From Hydrolagus colliei (lineage: Eukaryota), in contig CM068754.1 in assembly GCA_035084275.1 (NCBI GenBank), positions 14,446,001 through 14,510,000 on the forward strand: a stretch of DNA of 64,000 bases. The letters run 5' to 3'. The number at the start of each line of letters is the position of its first letter. Position 1 is the stretch's first letter. Below, piece by piece: positions 53,680-64,000 of the stretch. Made by a program: the position numbers and the translations under genes. The notes under the pieces are model-generated. The model had not been told where the DNA came from and searched no databases. It saw nothing but the letters and a program-made list of their open reading frames with translations.

Positions 53680-54324
53680 ATGTGATCTCAAATGAAATTT
53701 ACCTAAAAAGGGCAGCTGTGTTCATTTGAACAAAGTAAATCCATGGGCCGAAATGCCTAATCTGTAATTTAGAGCAGAGCAGCACATTGTCATAACAACA
53801 CATACATGGCAAAAGCTTCTGTCTAATCCAATGATTTAATGCCAGCATTTGGTTTCAATGGTAGGAGATGCTAATCTGTGCACCTCAGCTGACTGCTTCT
53901 TCCCACAAGGGGAATACCTTGTCAAAGGGGTGGAAATGTGAATTGCTAAAACGTGTCGCCTATATTAATTGAGCAGCTCAAATGCCAGGCATGAAATAGG
54001 CATCTGAACCATTTAGCTCCTGCACCTCCCTTGCGTGCCCTTCCAAAAAACAGACATCAACATTCAACTGAGTATTTTACCCCCGCAAAATGCTGCCTTT
54101 CCTGAGGTTGACTGATTTACAATGCTGTTACTTACAGGCTTACTGGTTTCTAACGAAGAGTGCAGAGATTAGAACAGCCTAACATTTGAACTGATAAATC
54201 CAATTTACTTTTAAGAGTTCATCCTTCGTATTACCTGACGTAAATTAGATGCACTGAAGGCTATGTATTGAACAAACGGCTTGCGGAATATGCTTTCATC
54301 TTTAAATTGCTTTTGTGTTGATAG

Positions 54325-54454
54325 ACAGCCCCGCCAATCTGAGATGTAGAGCCTTCTTCGGCTACAGTGGAGTGAACCCTATAATTTACTGGATGAAAGG
54401 TGAAAAGTACATAGAGGAACTGGAGGATGGTCCAATCAAAGAGAGCGATATCAG
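54325..54454 (+). CDS. IL1RAPL2: IL1RAPL2-like coding exon (130 bp, phase 1-2; exon 7 equivalent), first half of Ig3: [44 protein letters not shown]
   Basis: Read manually (not in the ORF track). Acceptor ttttgtgttgatAG ends 54324; donor AG|GTAAAA at 54455. Contains the family motif C-R-AFFGYSG...IYWMKGEK with the Ig Cys and Trp. Frame continuous with both neighbouring exons. Confidence 0.95.
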
Positions 54455-55339
54455 GTAAAAATAATTATATCATTTCCCCCAAACTTGTTATTTTAAATTT
54501 CATATAACCTGTGGTGTGCTTTAAAACCTCCCTCTAAGCTTCGGGGGATGTAACCTGACAACAAAATCGAACTTTCCTTAGTAGTAATTTTACCTCATAA
54601 ACATGTCTTGTAAATTGACCTAAGACGATTAAATGGGAATAACAATCCATAGCCTGCAGTGTTTTTCATTTAGATTTTGAATTATGGCCTTTTGTTTAAA
54701 TTGCACAGTGGATTTTAGTACAATAGCTCTGGCACTAAGTGGAATATTTCTCGATTACAAATCTTGTGTCACAAATTCTCTAATCGATGTTAAATGTTTC
54801 TTTTTTTCAGCCAGGTTATGCATTTTTGGGGTTAGGTCGAACCTCTTTGCTTGTTTACCATGGATAAAAACACAAATATATTTTGGTTTGAGTTGGTTTG
54901 TTTTTGGGACTTGGTCGACATTGCTTGAGTTGCTTAATTTAACCTCTTTTATGGAAATGATGAGCAAAAGTATAATTAAATTTGTTTGATGGCGAAGTGG
55001 GTTAATGCAATGTTAACTTGCCTCTAGGGCCAGAATTTAAATGCAGCAAAGAGAGCAAACTGTAGTAAACTCATTGATAACTGCAACAAAACTCACGTGA
55101 AAGGTATTATGATAAACTCAAACGCACAAGTTTAACTAAGCGGTCCAATTCTGTTCTACACTAAATAAGGGCCACTGCAGTGGGTTAGAAGACTGTTCTG
55201 GGGTTCAAAACCAACCTAGATTGCTGGGATGAAAGGGTAGTGATGGACTTTCTCTTTGAACCACTGCAGGTAACGATGTTTCTACAATGTTGCTAGCTTG
55301 CAATTTCCAGGAATGGCAATGCATTATTATACATGAAAA

Positions 55340-55582
55340 CTTATTTCCACTGACTTCAGTTTAAGATTAAGATCGTAACCAAAGTAGCAAAAGCAAGAGA
55401 TGAGGAGTTTTTTTTTTGTACGCAGGATCCATGTCAGCTTTCAAGAGGGAACTCGATAGATATCTGAAAGGAAGGAGCAGTAATTTGAAGGGGATAAGAG
55501 AAAATCAGGACAATTGGACTGGAAGGTTGCACTATCAAAGAGCCAGCACAGATACAATCGACCAAGTGGCCTTCTGTTGTGT
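55340..55582 (+). mobile_element. Decayed CR1 3' end
   Basis: gcaggatccatgtcagctttcaagagggaactcgatagatatctg (AFKRELDRYL)...gagccagcacagatacaatcgaccaagtggccttct. Confidence 0.7.
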
Positions 55583-56819
55583 GGAAAGGTTAGCTGGTTC
55601 TAAGTCAAAATGGTGTGTGACTTGGAGCTGGCAATGTTCCCATGACAAGGTTGCTCTTGTTCTGTTGGAAAGCTCTCACGAGAAAATACTTCATGTAGTT
55701 TGTTGCTGTTCAGCTTCTAAATAAACGGCGTGAAATTGGACCCAATTTAGCGTTGACTGCAGTCAATCAGTGAGGTAACAAGGGAACAGATGTGAAAAGG
55801 ACTATTCGCAGTAGTATTGTTCACATTTATTTTTCTCTCTTCCTCGGAATGCTGTTGGGGTCTATTATTGGAGCTATTAGAACTTTTCTTTATGTCTAAC
55901 CAGTGTTATAATGTGGAGGTTCTTGATGCTGAGTCTAAGTGCTAATAGTGAGAAAATATTCAATTTTCAAGGACTGATATCCTGCGCCTTAACAACCACA
56001 AAAGCACGTTCATGCCTTGATGCGCGTATGCATTTCACTAAGAATCATGCAAATATAACGACGGAGATTTTAACATATCTAATCAGATGAGTAGATGTGA
56101 AAGTGTAAAAAAAGATTACACGTGATTTGGGGAGAAACATGTAATCCAAACTGTTCAGCATCCAAATCAGGCTGAGAATGTAGGGGCATGACTAGGTTAG
56201 GGTCAAACATGTTTTCCCATATCACTGATCTATTTGATCTTTGATAATTATGATGAAATGGTAACATAATAAATATGTACCATAAGCATTGATGTATGTA
56301 TGTTTATCAGTTTATCATTTATAAGACACACCCCCTACCTTATATTTTCTGTTGTGGTCAGTTAGCGTGTGGTCAGTTGCTGTACTAATGCTAAGAGATC
56401 TTAAAACCAGGCATCAAACATAGTTAAATACCATATTTATAAGGATTATACATCATTGTGTTAATTCGCAACCAGTTCAATGTACAAACACACAAACAGT
56501 GATTTGACTGCAATGCACCATTTTCAGATCAGAATAATATCCATTAAAATTTAATGTTTATTAAAAAAACATGTCATGCTGAGTGAAGGGAATAAATACC
56601 ACTCATCTCTCACTCATAGGAAAGTCTGATGTTATTCATTTGTGAGTTTCCAAATCTTTCTATCTTGCTGGGAAAGGTGTCAGTCATGTTTTGCAAAGCG
56701 CACCGTACAGCTATGGCTAATGACTGTACATAACCGCTGGTTTAACATGCGAGTAGATTTGCATTTCGATTGCAATCTTTGGAACACACAGCACAAATCT
56801 CACTTTACAGGAGCCGTAA

Positions 56820-56960
56820 TAAGAGCAAACAATGCTGGAAAGGGACAGCGAGTAAATTAGCCTCTGAAGAAGAAGGCAGGGTAAAGTTTCGAGTGTGACC
56901 CTTTATCAGAACACGAGCTGTCATCAATCTGCTTATGCAGCATTCTTGCTTTCTGATTTA
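56820..56960. mobile_element. Penelope-like terminal-repeat remnant (quasi-palindromic)
   Basis: agcaaacaatgctggaa...gtttcgagtgtgaccctttatcagaac...cagcattcttgcttt. Outer ends are complementary, and the minus strand has a hammerhead-like core. Confidence 0.6.
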
Positions 56961-57401
56961 ATGACATCCTTGTGTCGCCACTGTTGCCACTCAGATTGCT
57001 GATCATCTTGGAAGGGCAGACATCAAAGATAGGAGCAATGAGTCACCTCAGCCTTTGTTGTCAGTGATCATCAGGAATGTTATCATGAGTGAAGTCTGCC
57101 CCCTAAAAAAACACATCCGGAACTGTGGGGGGAAACGGGGTTGTTTGACGACTATTTGCTGTGCGAACCTAACTCCACATCCCCAAAAATGCCATTTGCT
57201 GCATTGATTGCAAATTCTCCATATCGATTTGGGAGATTGACAAATGGCAATCGCAAGGAGGGGACGTTATAGAGAGAGATGAACCCTTCGAGAAAACCTG
57301 TGCTTTTTTTTTGTTTCAGGCCTTTGCAATCCCTGAATCTTGCAATTTGCAACCTATTAAGTCATAAGTAGTACAATCAATTCCACTTTGTTCGACTCCC
57401 A

Positions 57402-57418
57402 ACACACACACACACACA
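57402..57418. repeat. (AC)n microsatellite
   Basis: Direct reading. Confidence 0.9.
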
Positions 57419-57527
57419 TATACCACCACCAGCACACCATACAAACACACAAGCTCTACATAAATATCCGACTCTGACGGAAAAGTATGGAAAAGTGACC
57501 TCTGTCACATGAGTTACCAATAAAAAT

Positions 57528-57640
57528 AAGAATAATATTCCTTGCATTTCTATGTAATACCTTATCACAACATCTACACGTCCCAAAGCGCTTCACAGAA
57601 TCTACCGTAAAATGAATTGACTGTATATTTGTGGGTGAAA
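57528..57640 (-). mobile_element. Headless SINE tail
   Basis: aataatattccttgcattt...cccaaagcgcttcacagaa...gactgtatatttgtgggtgaaa. Confidence 0.85.
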
Positions 57641-58502
57641 TCATTGCCTTCAATCCCTCCTGTGGCATGTGCTCAATCCTCAGATATGCTAAGTGCACAC
57701 TGCATGTGGAAATCAATGCCCTGTAAAAGCTTACCTGGATCCAAACTCTACAATCATAACACTGCATCCCTTACCCAAGACACCCAAGCTCTGACAAGGC
57801 GACAGATTTTCTTTGATCCTTTTTTTCATTTGACTCAAGTGAAACCTATAATTGTATGAAGGGTGAATAGTTAGGTAATTACAAACTATAATCCCTTTTA
57901 TGACATTATCAGGTTGTAATTTGAATGAATAATTATGTATATTCTTTTCCACCCCTCTGACTATCGTAGCATTATATTTCTCTGTGTGGTTGTTCCAAAT
58001 CTTTATGTTTCTGAAAGGCATCCTCTTGTGAAATACCAAACATTTAGTTTTTTTTATCACTGTAGTATTCAGTAACATTCAGGCATTATATCACCATGAT
58101 TTGAAAACGTGCATGAGTGATCAATTTTGTGACAGCTGTCACATACTCAACGCTATCAAAGGTAAACTTCTCATTGTGTTTTTTACAATAATATTTCCTG
58201 TTATCAAATAAAAATCTCCTGTTTCACATCAACATATCAATCCCCATTGTCTGTGATGTTGATAATTGCTTGGTTTCTTTTAAATCATGTTAAATGAATA
58301 TTTTGGTTGTTTAAGTCATAAAAGATAGTGATTTCTGAGTGTGTCCAGATGTGTGTGACCCTGACACACCTGAAACTCTATTTAGAAGTAGCTCTGGAAG
58401 TAGATCACACTGGAGCAGAATTTTCACGGGTCAGTGTGACCACAGGTCCTGTCATTCATAGGCATTCCTTATTCAAATTCACAGGAAATTATTAATAAGC
58501 AG

Positions 58503-58678
58503 AAGAAATTGGTCACTGCAATCCGCAACTGTTAGTGGGACACTGCTGTGTGTAATTGAAGTTTTACTATATCAAAATATAATTGATCCACTTTACAGCA
58601 TTTTCGGTGAAGCGCTTTGATATGTCTCGAAGACATGATAAGGCACTACAGTAAAAATGGAGGGATTGTCATTATTAT
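58503..58678 (+). mobile_element. Decayed SINE 3' half
   Basis: aaattggtcact...gtgggacactgctgtgtgtaattg...gtgaagcgctttga...gataaggcacta. Confidence 0.8.
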
Positions 58679-60971
58679 CTGGATAACATATATGGCGTTC
58701 ACAGGCTTACTTTATCAACAGGCAAATCGCTGCGATTTCCAACATTCTAAAACTACAAGCGGCACAGCTTTTGGATGCTGTGTCAAGGCTCAGGTCGCAC
58801 TATTTGTTTCCTTAATTCTGTCAAAAATGTGTACAGTTACACAGCTTCTCCAGCAAAGCACAAGTGCCGCCCGAGGTCAGGTTTGACCTTCCGTCGCACA
58901 TCCGCAACTTGTCAAGGCTCAACAAGCAGTTGTTCGTTCGGGAAATCTGTCCAAAAAGTCAACTGCTGATTGAACTGTAACCTCGCGGTGACGGAATTGA
59001 ACCTGACTAGCAGATTGCACTTCAATTCTACTGCAGAATCAGAAGCTCGTCACATTAGGCAGCATTCAGACTGCCTCAATTGGCCTCTGGTGTCTGTAGG
59101 CGAGACAGCAGTGTGAATATTTGGAGGCCAGGTGCAGTGTCTTCATTAAAGGGACGATATGAAGCACAGAGCTGTAACAATGCCCGTTTTAATTAACTGT
59201 TACGAAGCATGTTAAAAATGATCAGCATTCTCACCGGGGTTTGAAGTTATTGGACAAGCATATGTAATTTATTGGGTCACCAGCTAATTTCCACTGCTAG
59301 TGACTGAGGATTCATTTCAAGCACACCAAACTGCAGATGAAGTGGAGCGAGTTTAATCTCAAGGTCAATGGAGATTGATGCACCACCCCACCATATGTAA
59401 ACCTCTTGGTACGTATTGTGGATAGATCTAAAAGTTACCTGAGCTTGAGCCAGTACAAGTATAGTGCCGCAGTCCCATTACTGACCTTTGACAGATGTGT
59501 GAATATTTTCTGAATGCAATGCCTATCCAACACTCTGATGCCTCTGTGTGCAATGGGAGTTTTCAAGTTCAGTCTTGAAGCAGTACTCCATATTCATGAT
59601 GCCGTACTGATAAAAATATGTTGTGCGACACCCCCACCCTCCAAAAACAAAGTGGAATGGAACTGATTTATATGCTGTTAATTCTGATTCCATAGAATTT
59701 ATTTATTAGAACAGTAAGTGATGAAAAGGTCAACGCAAGCATTGCACGTTGCCTGACATTTCATTGGATGCCTCCAGCGTTCTTTGTTGAGCTTAAAAGC
59801 TCGGACCTTTCTGCATTTTCATGAACATAAAATATAATCAAAAGCAAACCTTCTGATTCAGGTGACAGTAAGGAACGCTCAGGCCTCACCCCACTTTAAA
59901 GCCAATCATAAAACCATTACCATTGAAATTTCAACCACCTTTCTCTCCCCACCGCTTCCACCCACCCCATCTGCCATGTCAAATGCTTCAACACGAGCTC
60001 CCGATGTGAAAGGCGCTATATATAGAGAGAAATGTAAACTGTTGCTGTAATACAGGCATGGTCAATCTCACAGTCTATATTATAGGTGAAAGATTTGTTA
60101 TAAAGATGGTATGACCCTTCCTCTTTCATATTGCACAGAGTAATGAAAGGTCACAGGGTCTGCAGTTGAGGTAATGTGGTTATTCAATCCTAAATGGGAA
60201 CAAGTTTATGTTTAATCAAGGCAGTCAGTGATGCATACCAGACACTATCTATGTAATAAACAGCAGCTGTTAAACAACAGAGTTCAATTTTACTTCTTAT
60301 TTTTTCCTTTTTAAACAGTAATATGTTGTAGTAAAAGATAGAAAATGTTAGCCCCAGTTCACCTTTATAACCTATGTTATGTTCTGCAACAGAAATTTCC
60401 ACAACAAAGATCAAACTTGTATTTTTATAGCAGCTAGCTTATCAAATTCTCGGCATCTCACAATTGCTTTCATGTGTTGTAATGTAATTGTTTGTGCAGG
60501 CAACTTGCATTAGGAATATCCCAAAAGCAGCCATGATATGAATGGCCAATGAATCTGCCGGATTGTTAGCCAAAAAACTGCAAGGAAACTGCCAAGGGAA
60601 TAGTTGCCAGAATGGATTGGAGGGTAAAGTAAGGTGATTGTATATTGAAAGGAAAAAAAAGACATTGCAGTACAAAAGCTGGTGCCATGGGTTTTTTGCA
60701 GTGAATAATAAATACACCTGCCAAATCCATTGTTTTCAAACACTAGTAATGTTCCTTGTCGCAGTTCTGTGAGCAGCTGCGCAATACAACTAATCTCTGA
60801 TTCACCAGTGCACGAGTCCTTTCTCCTCAGGTAGATTACTGCTGTGTCCCCCACCTAAAATAGCAGCAGTTTGTCAACATGTAACAAGGGAGCGATTGAA
60901 GCAGAAATGCATCTCGAGGTTGCTTTCCCCCAGCAATATTTCAGCAGCAGGATATGTTTCTTGTTCTCCAG

Positions 60972-61117
60972 AGTCCTGAAAGAACACCTCGAGGAGAAAG
61001 AAGTGGAATTATCATTATTATTTGATTCTGTCAAAGAAGCTGATTTGGGGAATTATACCTGCATTGTGGAAAATCGAATTGGACAATTACAAGGCAGCCT
61101 TCTTCTGCAAAAGAAAG
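60972..61117 (+). CDS. IL1RAPL2: IL1RAPL2-like coding exon (146 bp, phase 2-1; exon 8 equivalent), second half of Ig3: VLKEHLEEKEVELSLLFDSVKEADLGNYTCIVENRIGQLQGSLLLQKK
   Basis: Inside ORF 60871..61131. Acceptor tttcttgttctccAG ends 60971; donor G|GTAAAC at 61118. Ig motif D-x-G-x-Y-x-C. Close to recalled IL1RAPL2 [34 protein letters not shown]. Confidence 0.95.
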
Positions 61118-63108
61118 GTAAACTATTTTGATGTAACATAATCTCACTTTTAAAAACAATGTTTCTTTGAAAAACATAACCAGTTAAAGGAATATGGAGC
61201 AGCTCATTAGCATATGTCAATGCAGAGCCATAAACGAGGGCTCGGTCCTTTCACTTATTCCTAGGGAAACATGCAAAGACCTTCCGAGCTGTATCAAGCC
61301 ATGCATTTGTGTGACTGTACAGTGCCCTCTGCTGCCTTATGCTGTGCTTTAGATCGTTACATTGCCCCCAGGTAAAATTGTCCATTTTAATTATACTCCA
61401 AAGGTGATACCTTATTTTTAAGTAAGCAGCAGTGTTTTGCACAGGATTCCATTAATGAAGAAATTGATCGAATGGTCCACACACATTCTCACGTCTCCAT
61501 GGCACATGTTTGAAACGGAGGCAGTGCCATGAAACAATCTACTGTGACAGTTTGAGATTTTTTTGATGAATTCTGCAGAGCTGAACATTTTTTTGAGAGC
61601 GCTATTTCCAATGATAGCTCAGATTTTGCAGCATCTTTCAATTTTATAGTTGCAACTCTTCCGAAAAGTATTTGACATATGATCACAAAAGGCAGCCGTG
61701 CTAGCTGCAGCTTTAAACACTGAATAATTGTTTTAAAATCCCTCATGCAAGCTGGGTTTTGAAAAAAAATCAGCCAATTGCACTTTGCAGAATCAGTTGT
61801 TTTGCACAATACATTTAGCCTCAGAGCCTGAACTGGAAAAATGACTCTGATGCCATTAAAATAAAGTGATTGTGATCAAAGCAGAGTTTTTTTTATCATC
61901 GTCACACAGAAATGGTTGTATTTCGCAAAGAGGTTTGACGGTATATTTCTCCAGAGTATTAACAAAAAAAGCCAAATCCATCATTTATTTTTCAATAGTT
62001 TGGCCTCTCTAATCGCCCTCTAATGCATGAAGGTAACCACTGAGAACATAAACATGACAAACTGAAAGTTTGTAACTCTAATGGACTGAGGATTTATGAG
62101 TGGTATGGATCATTAGCAGATGGAATTGTCAATCCAGCCAACAAAACAGCCCGGTACATATTTTTTTCATCCTGCATTCTAAAACATTGAGGCTACAAAC
62201 TAAATTGGGTGTTCAACTCTAACGTGCTGCTGCCTTATGAATCACAGTACGACATAAAAAGCCAAAAGGTGATATTGTCATGTGCACAGTAGCCCATGTG
62301 GAAGCTGGACTCAGCATTCTGAACGACACATTCATTGCATATCTCTCCATAACTGTGGTAAAACAGCACAATCAAATTGCAACCATGGATTGAATCATGG
62401 ATTTACTACATCACTACTGGCATCACATGTAAGTAGATATTCAACAAAGCATCAAGTGATTAGGCAGGAAGAGACTCTATTCTACATATGCACCATGGAG
62501 GAGGCTTTCTATTGTTTCTGATCTTGGTTGCCACTGGTCTAATCATCAATGGCAGCAAAAAATACACAAATGTCCATGAAATATACAACTGAGAACTATG
62601 GAATTGTCAGTAAATATGCCTAAACTACTGTGTTGCTTGGAGTTGCCCTTGTTTATAAGGAGAATTAAGTGATTAGTTCGTTGGAGGCCAGCAATCGCAC
62701 TTTCATTAGCTAACATCATCGCAATGCTTATTCAAGATTTCTACCACTCTCCCAGCTCTTCCAACAAGATCTTTTTAGAATTGTTGTTGTTGTATAGCAG
62801 TCACCAGAAAAAAGCAGGATTCATCTTTAAACGTTACTTCCAAGTGGGAAAAATTCTGGACCAAACTGAAAATTTTGGGATAGGGAAATTCCCATATTAA
62901 CTGCAGTGACATTCACATCCCTATGCTCCAACCCCATCATTGTTATCGAAGTACAACTACTTCGGCAAGTTTCGCTTAATTACATTTGTTCTCAATCAAC
63001 TGTCGTCAACTTTCGAACCCGAGAACAAGAAACGCATTCAGTTCCCATTCCTCGTGCTCATTCCTAAGAATTGTAGGCTAATCCCATTAAGAACAAGATT
63101 CCCAGGAA

Positions 63109-63131
63109 CGCGCGCACACACACACACACAC
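63109..63131. repeat. (CG)3(CA)8 alternating purine-pyrimidine tract
   Basis: Direct reading. Confidence 0.9.
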
Positions 63132-63358
63132 TCACAGGGAACAGTAAGCGAACAACCAGCACAGATTGTGACTTTGTGATGAGGCTTTTCAGTTTACAGC
63201 TGGGTTGATAACCAAATATCTTGACATGCTCTTTTCTCAGTAAGATGCATTAGTCCATTTTGTTCCACTTCTAACTCCTGGCGGCTGATCAAACAGCGGC
63301 ATTTAGTTAATGGTCATGTTGACATGGCAATCTGGAGTGCGCTACCTGAAAGGAGACA

Positions 63359-63393
63359 CTTATCTGGATCCTTAAAGTAAGGATCCGGATAAG
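63359..63393. repeat. 16-bp inverted repeat with 3-nt loop
   Basis: CTTATCTGGATCCTTA-aag-TAAGGATCCGGATAAG, with one T.G wobble. Confidence 0.9.
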
Positions 63394-64000
63394 AGAACAA
63401 TGACAACTACCACTGTTCCAGTTCCATTTCATGATGTTCCTTTAGCTCTGTCAAGGTCATTAACAACAGCTGTTACCTTAAGTTTGTTGTGGTTTATAGT
63501 CACTTCCCATAAAAAGGATGAATAATTTTAGGATTGCAGAGTTAGGCAAGTTGTTGTGACCTTGCACGTCACACGTAAAAAAGTTAACACTCAATTTCTA
63601 CCTCCAATTTTTAAATTATAAATGACCTATTGTGGAACCACATGTAGATTATCCCCATTGCGAGTTTCCAGATTAATTGCTTTTTGAAAGATCATTGAAG
63701 GCTTGCAGCAGGTAAAATTAGGTTATTTGTCTTAAATATTACTCACTAAAGCATTTCAAGCTTGACGTTTTATTTCCAATAGAATAAATTTGACTTTTAG
63801 TTGAGGCATGTACTCATTGGGTTTGAGGAATTTGGTGCTAAGGAAAATTCTACAGTGGAATGCCGAACATTGAGGTTGTAATGGTAGGTTTTCACAAACT
63901 TTATGGTCTCAACATTATTTTTTCATAATCGGCAGCATTACTGTATGTGATACAGACATGCAATCTAAATTTTGTCATCAATTGGAAAGGATGTAAATTC

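Larger units (their letters stand above)
5659..54324 (+). other. 48.7-kb GT-AG intron
   Basis: Bounded by the two exons, whose phases match. No intervening IL1RAPL-like exon is needed or seen. Confidence 0.88.
54455..60971 (+). other. 6.5-kb GT-AG intron
   Basis: AG|A rebuilds the Arg codon of ...SDIR-VLKEHL. Confidence 0.92.

Noticed and set aside
54990-55240. LF-SINE-like remnants
   Set aside because: Suggestive fragments only; boundaries and family cannot be supported by eye.

Overview
AT-rich vertebrate genomic DNA. The repeat content (Deu/SacSINE-type SINEs with L2-type tails, CR1, L2 and Penelope remnants) points to a cartilaginous fish, possibly a holocephalan; this is inference. The window lies inside one + strand gene of the IL1RAPL family, best fit IL1RAPL2. 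Three GT-AG coding exons of 75, 130 and 146 bp (5584-5658, 54325-54454, 60972-61117) splice in frame to give the Ig2-Ig3 linker and the complete third Ig domain. They are separated by introns of 48.7 kb and 6.5 kb. The remainder is intron filled with retroposons: over 25 SINE copies or fragments, a 1.5-kb CR1, a 0.9-kb L2, a Tc1/mariner-type MITE and microsatellites. I found no nested gene and no convincing new multi-component system. The most interesting points are a near-perfect 20-24 bp hairpin, a fold-back SINE duplication, a recurrent ~115-nt headless SINE unit, a longer SINE form with an extra central block, several nested insertions, a dead hammerhead core, and the mosaic IL1RAPL1/2 character of the peptide. 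Family assignments are from recalled consensus sequences, not database searches. Repeat boundaries are approximate.
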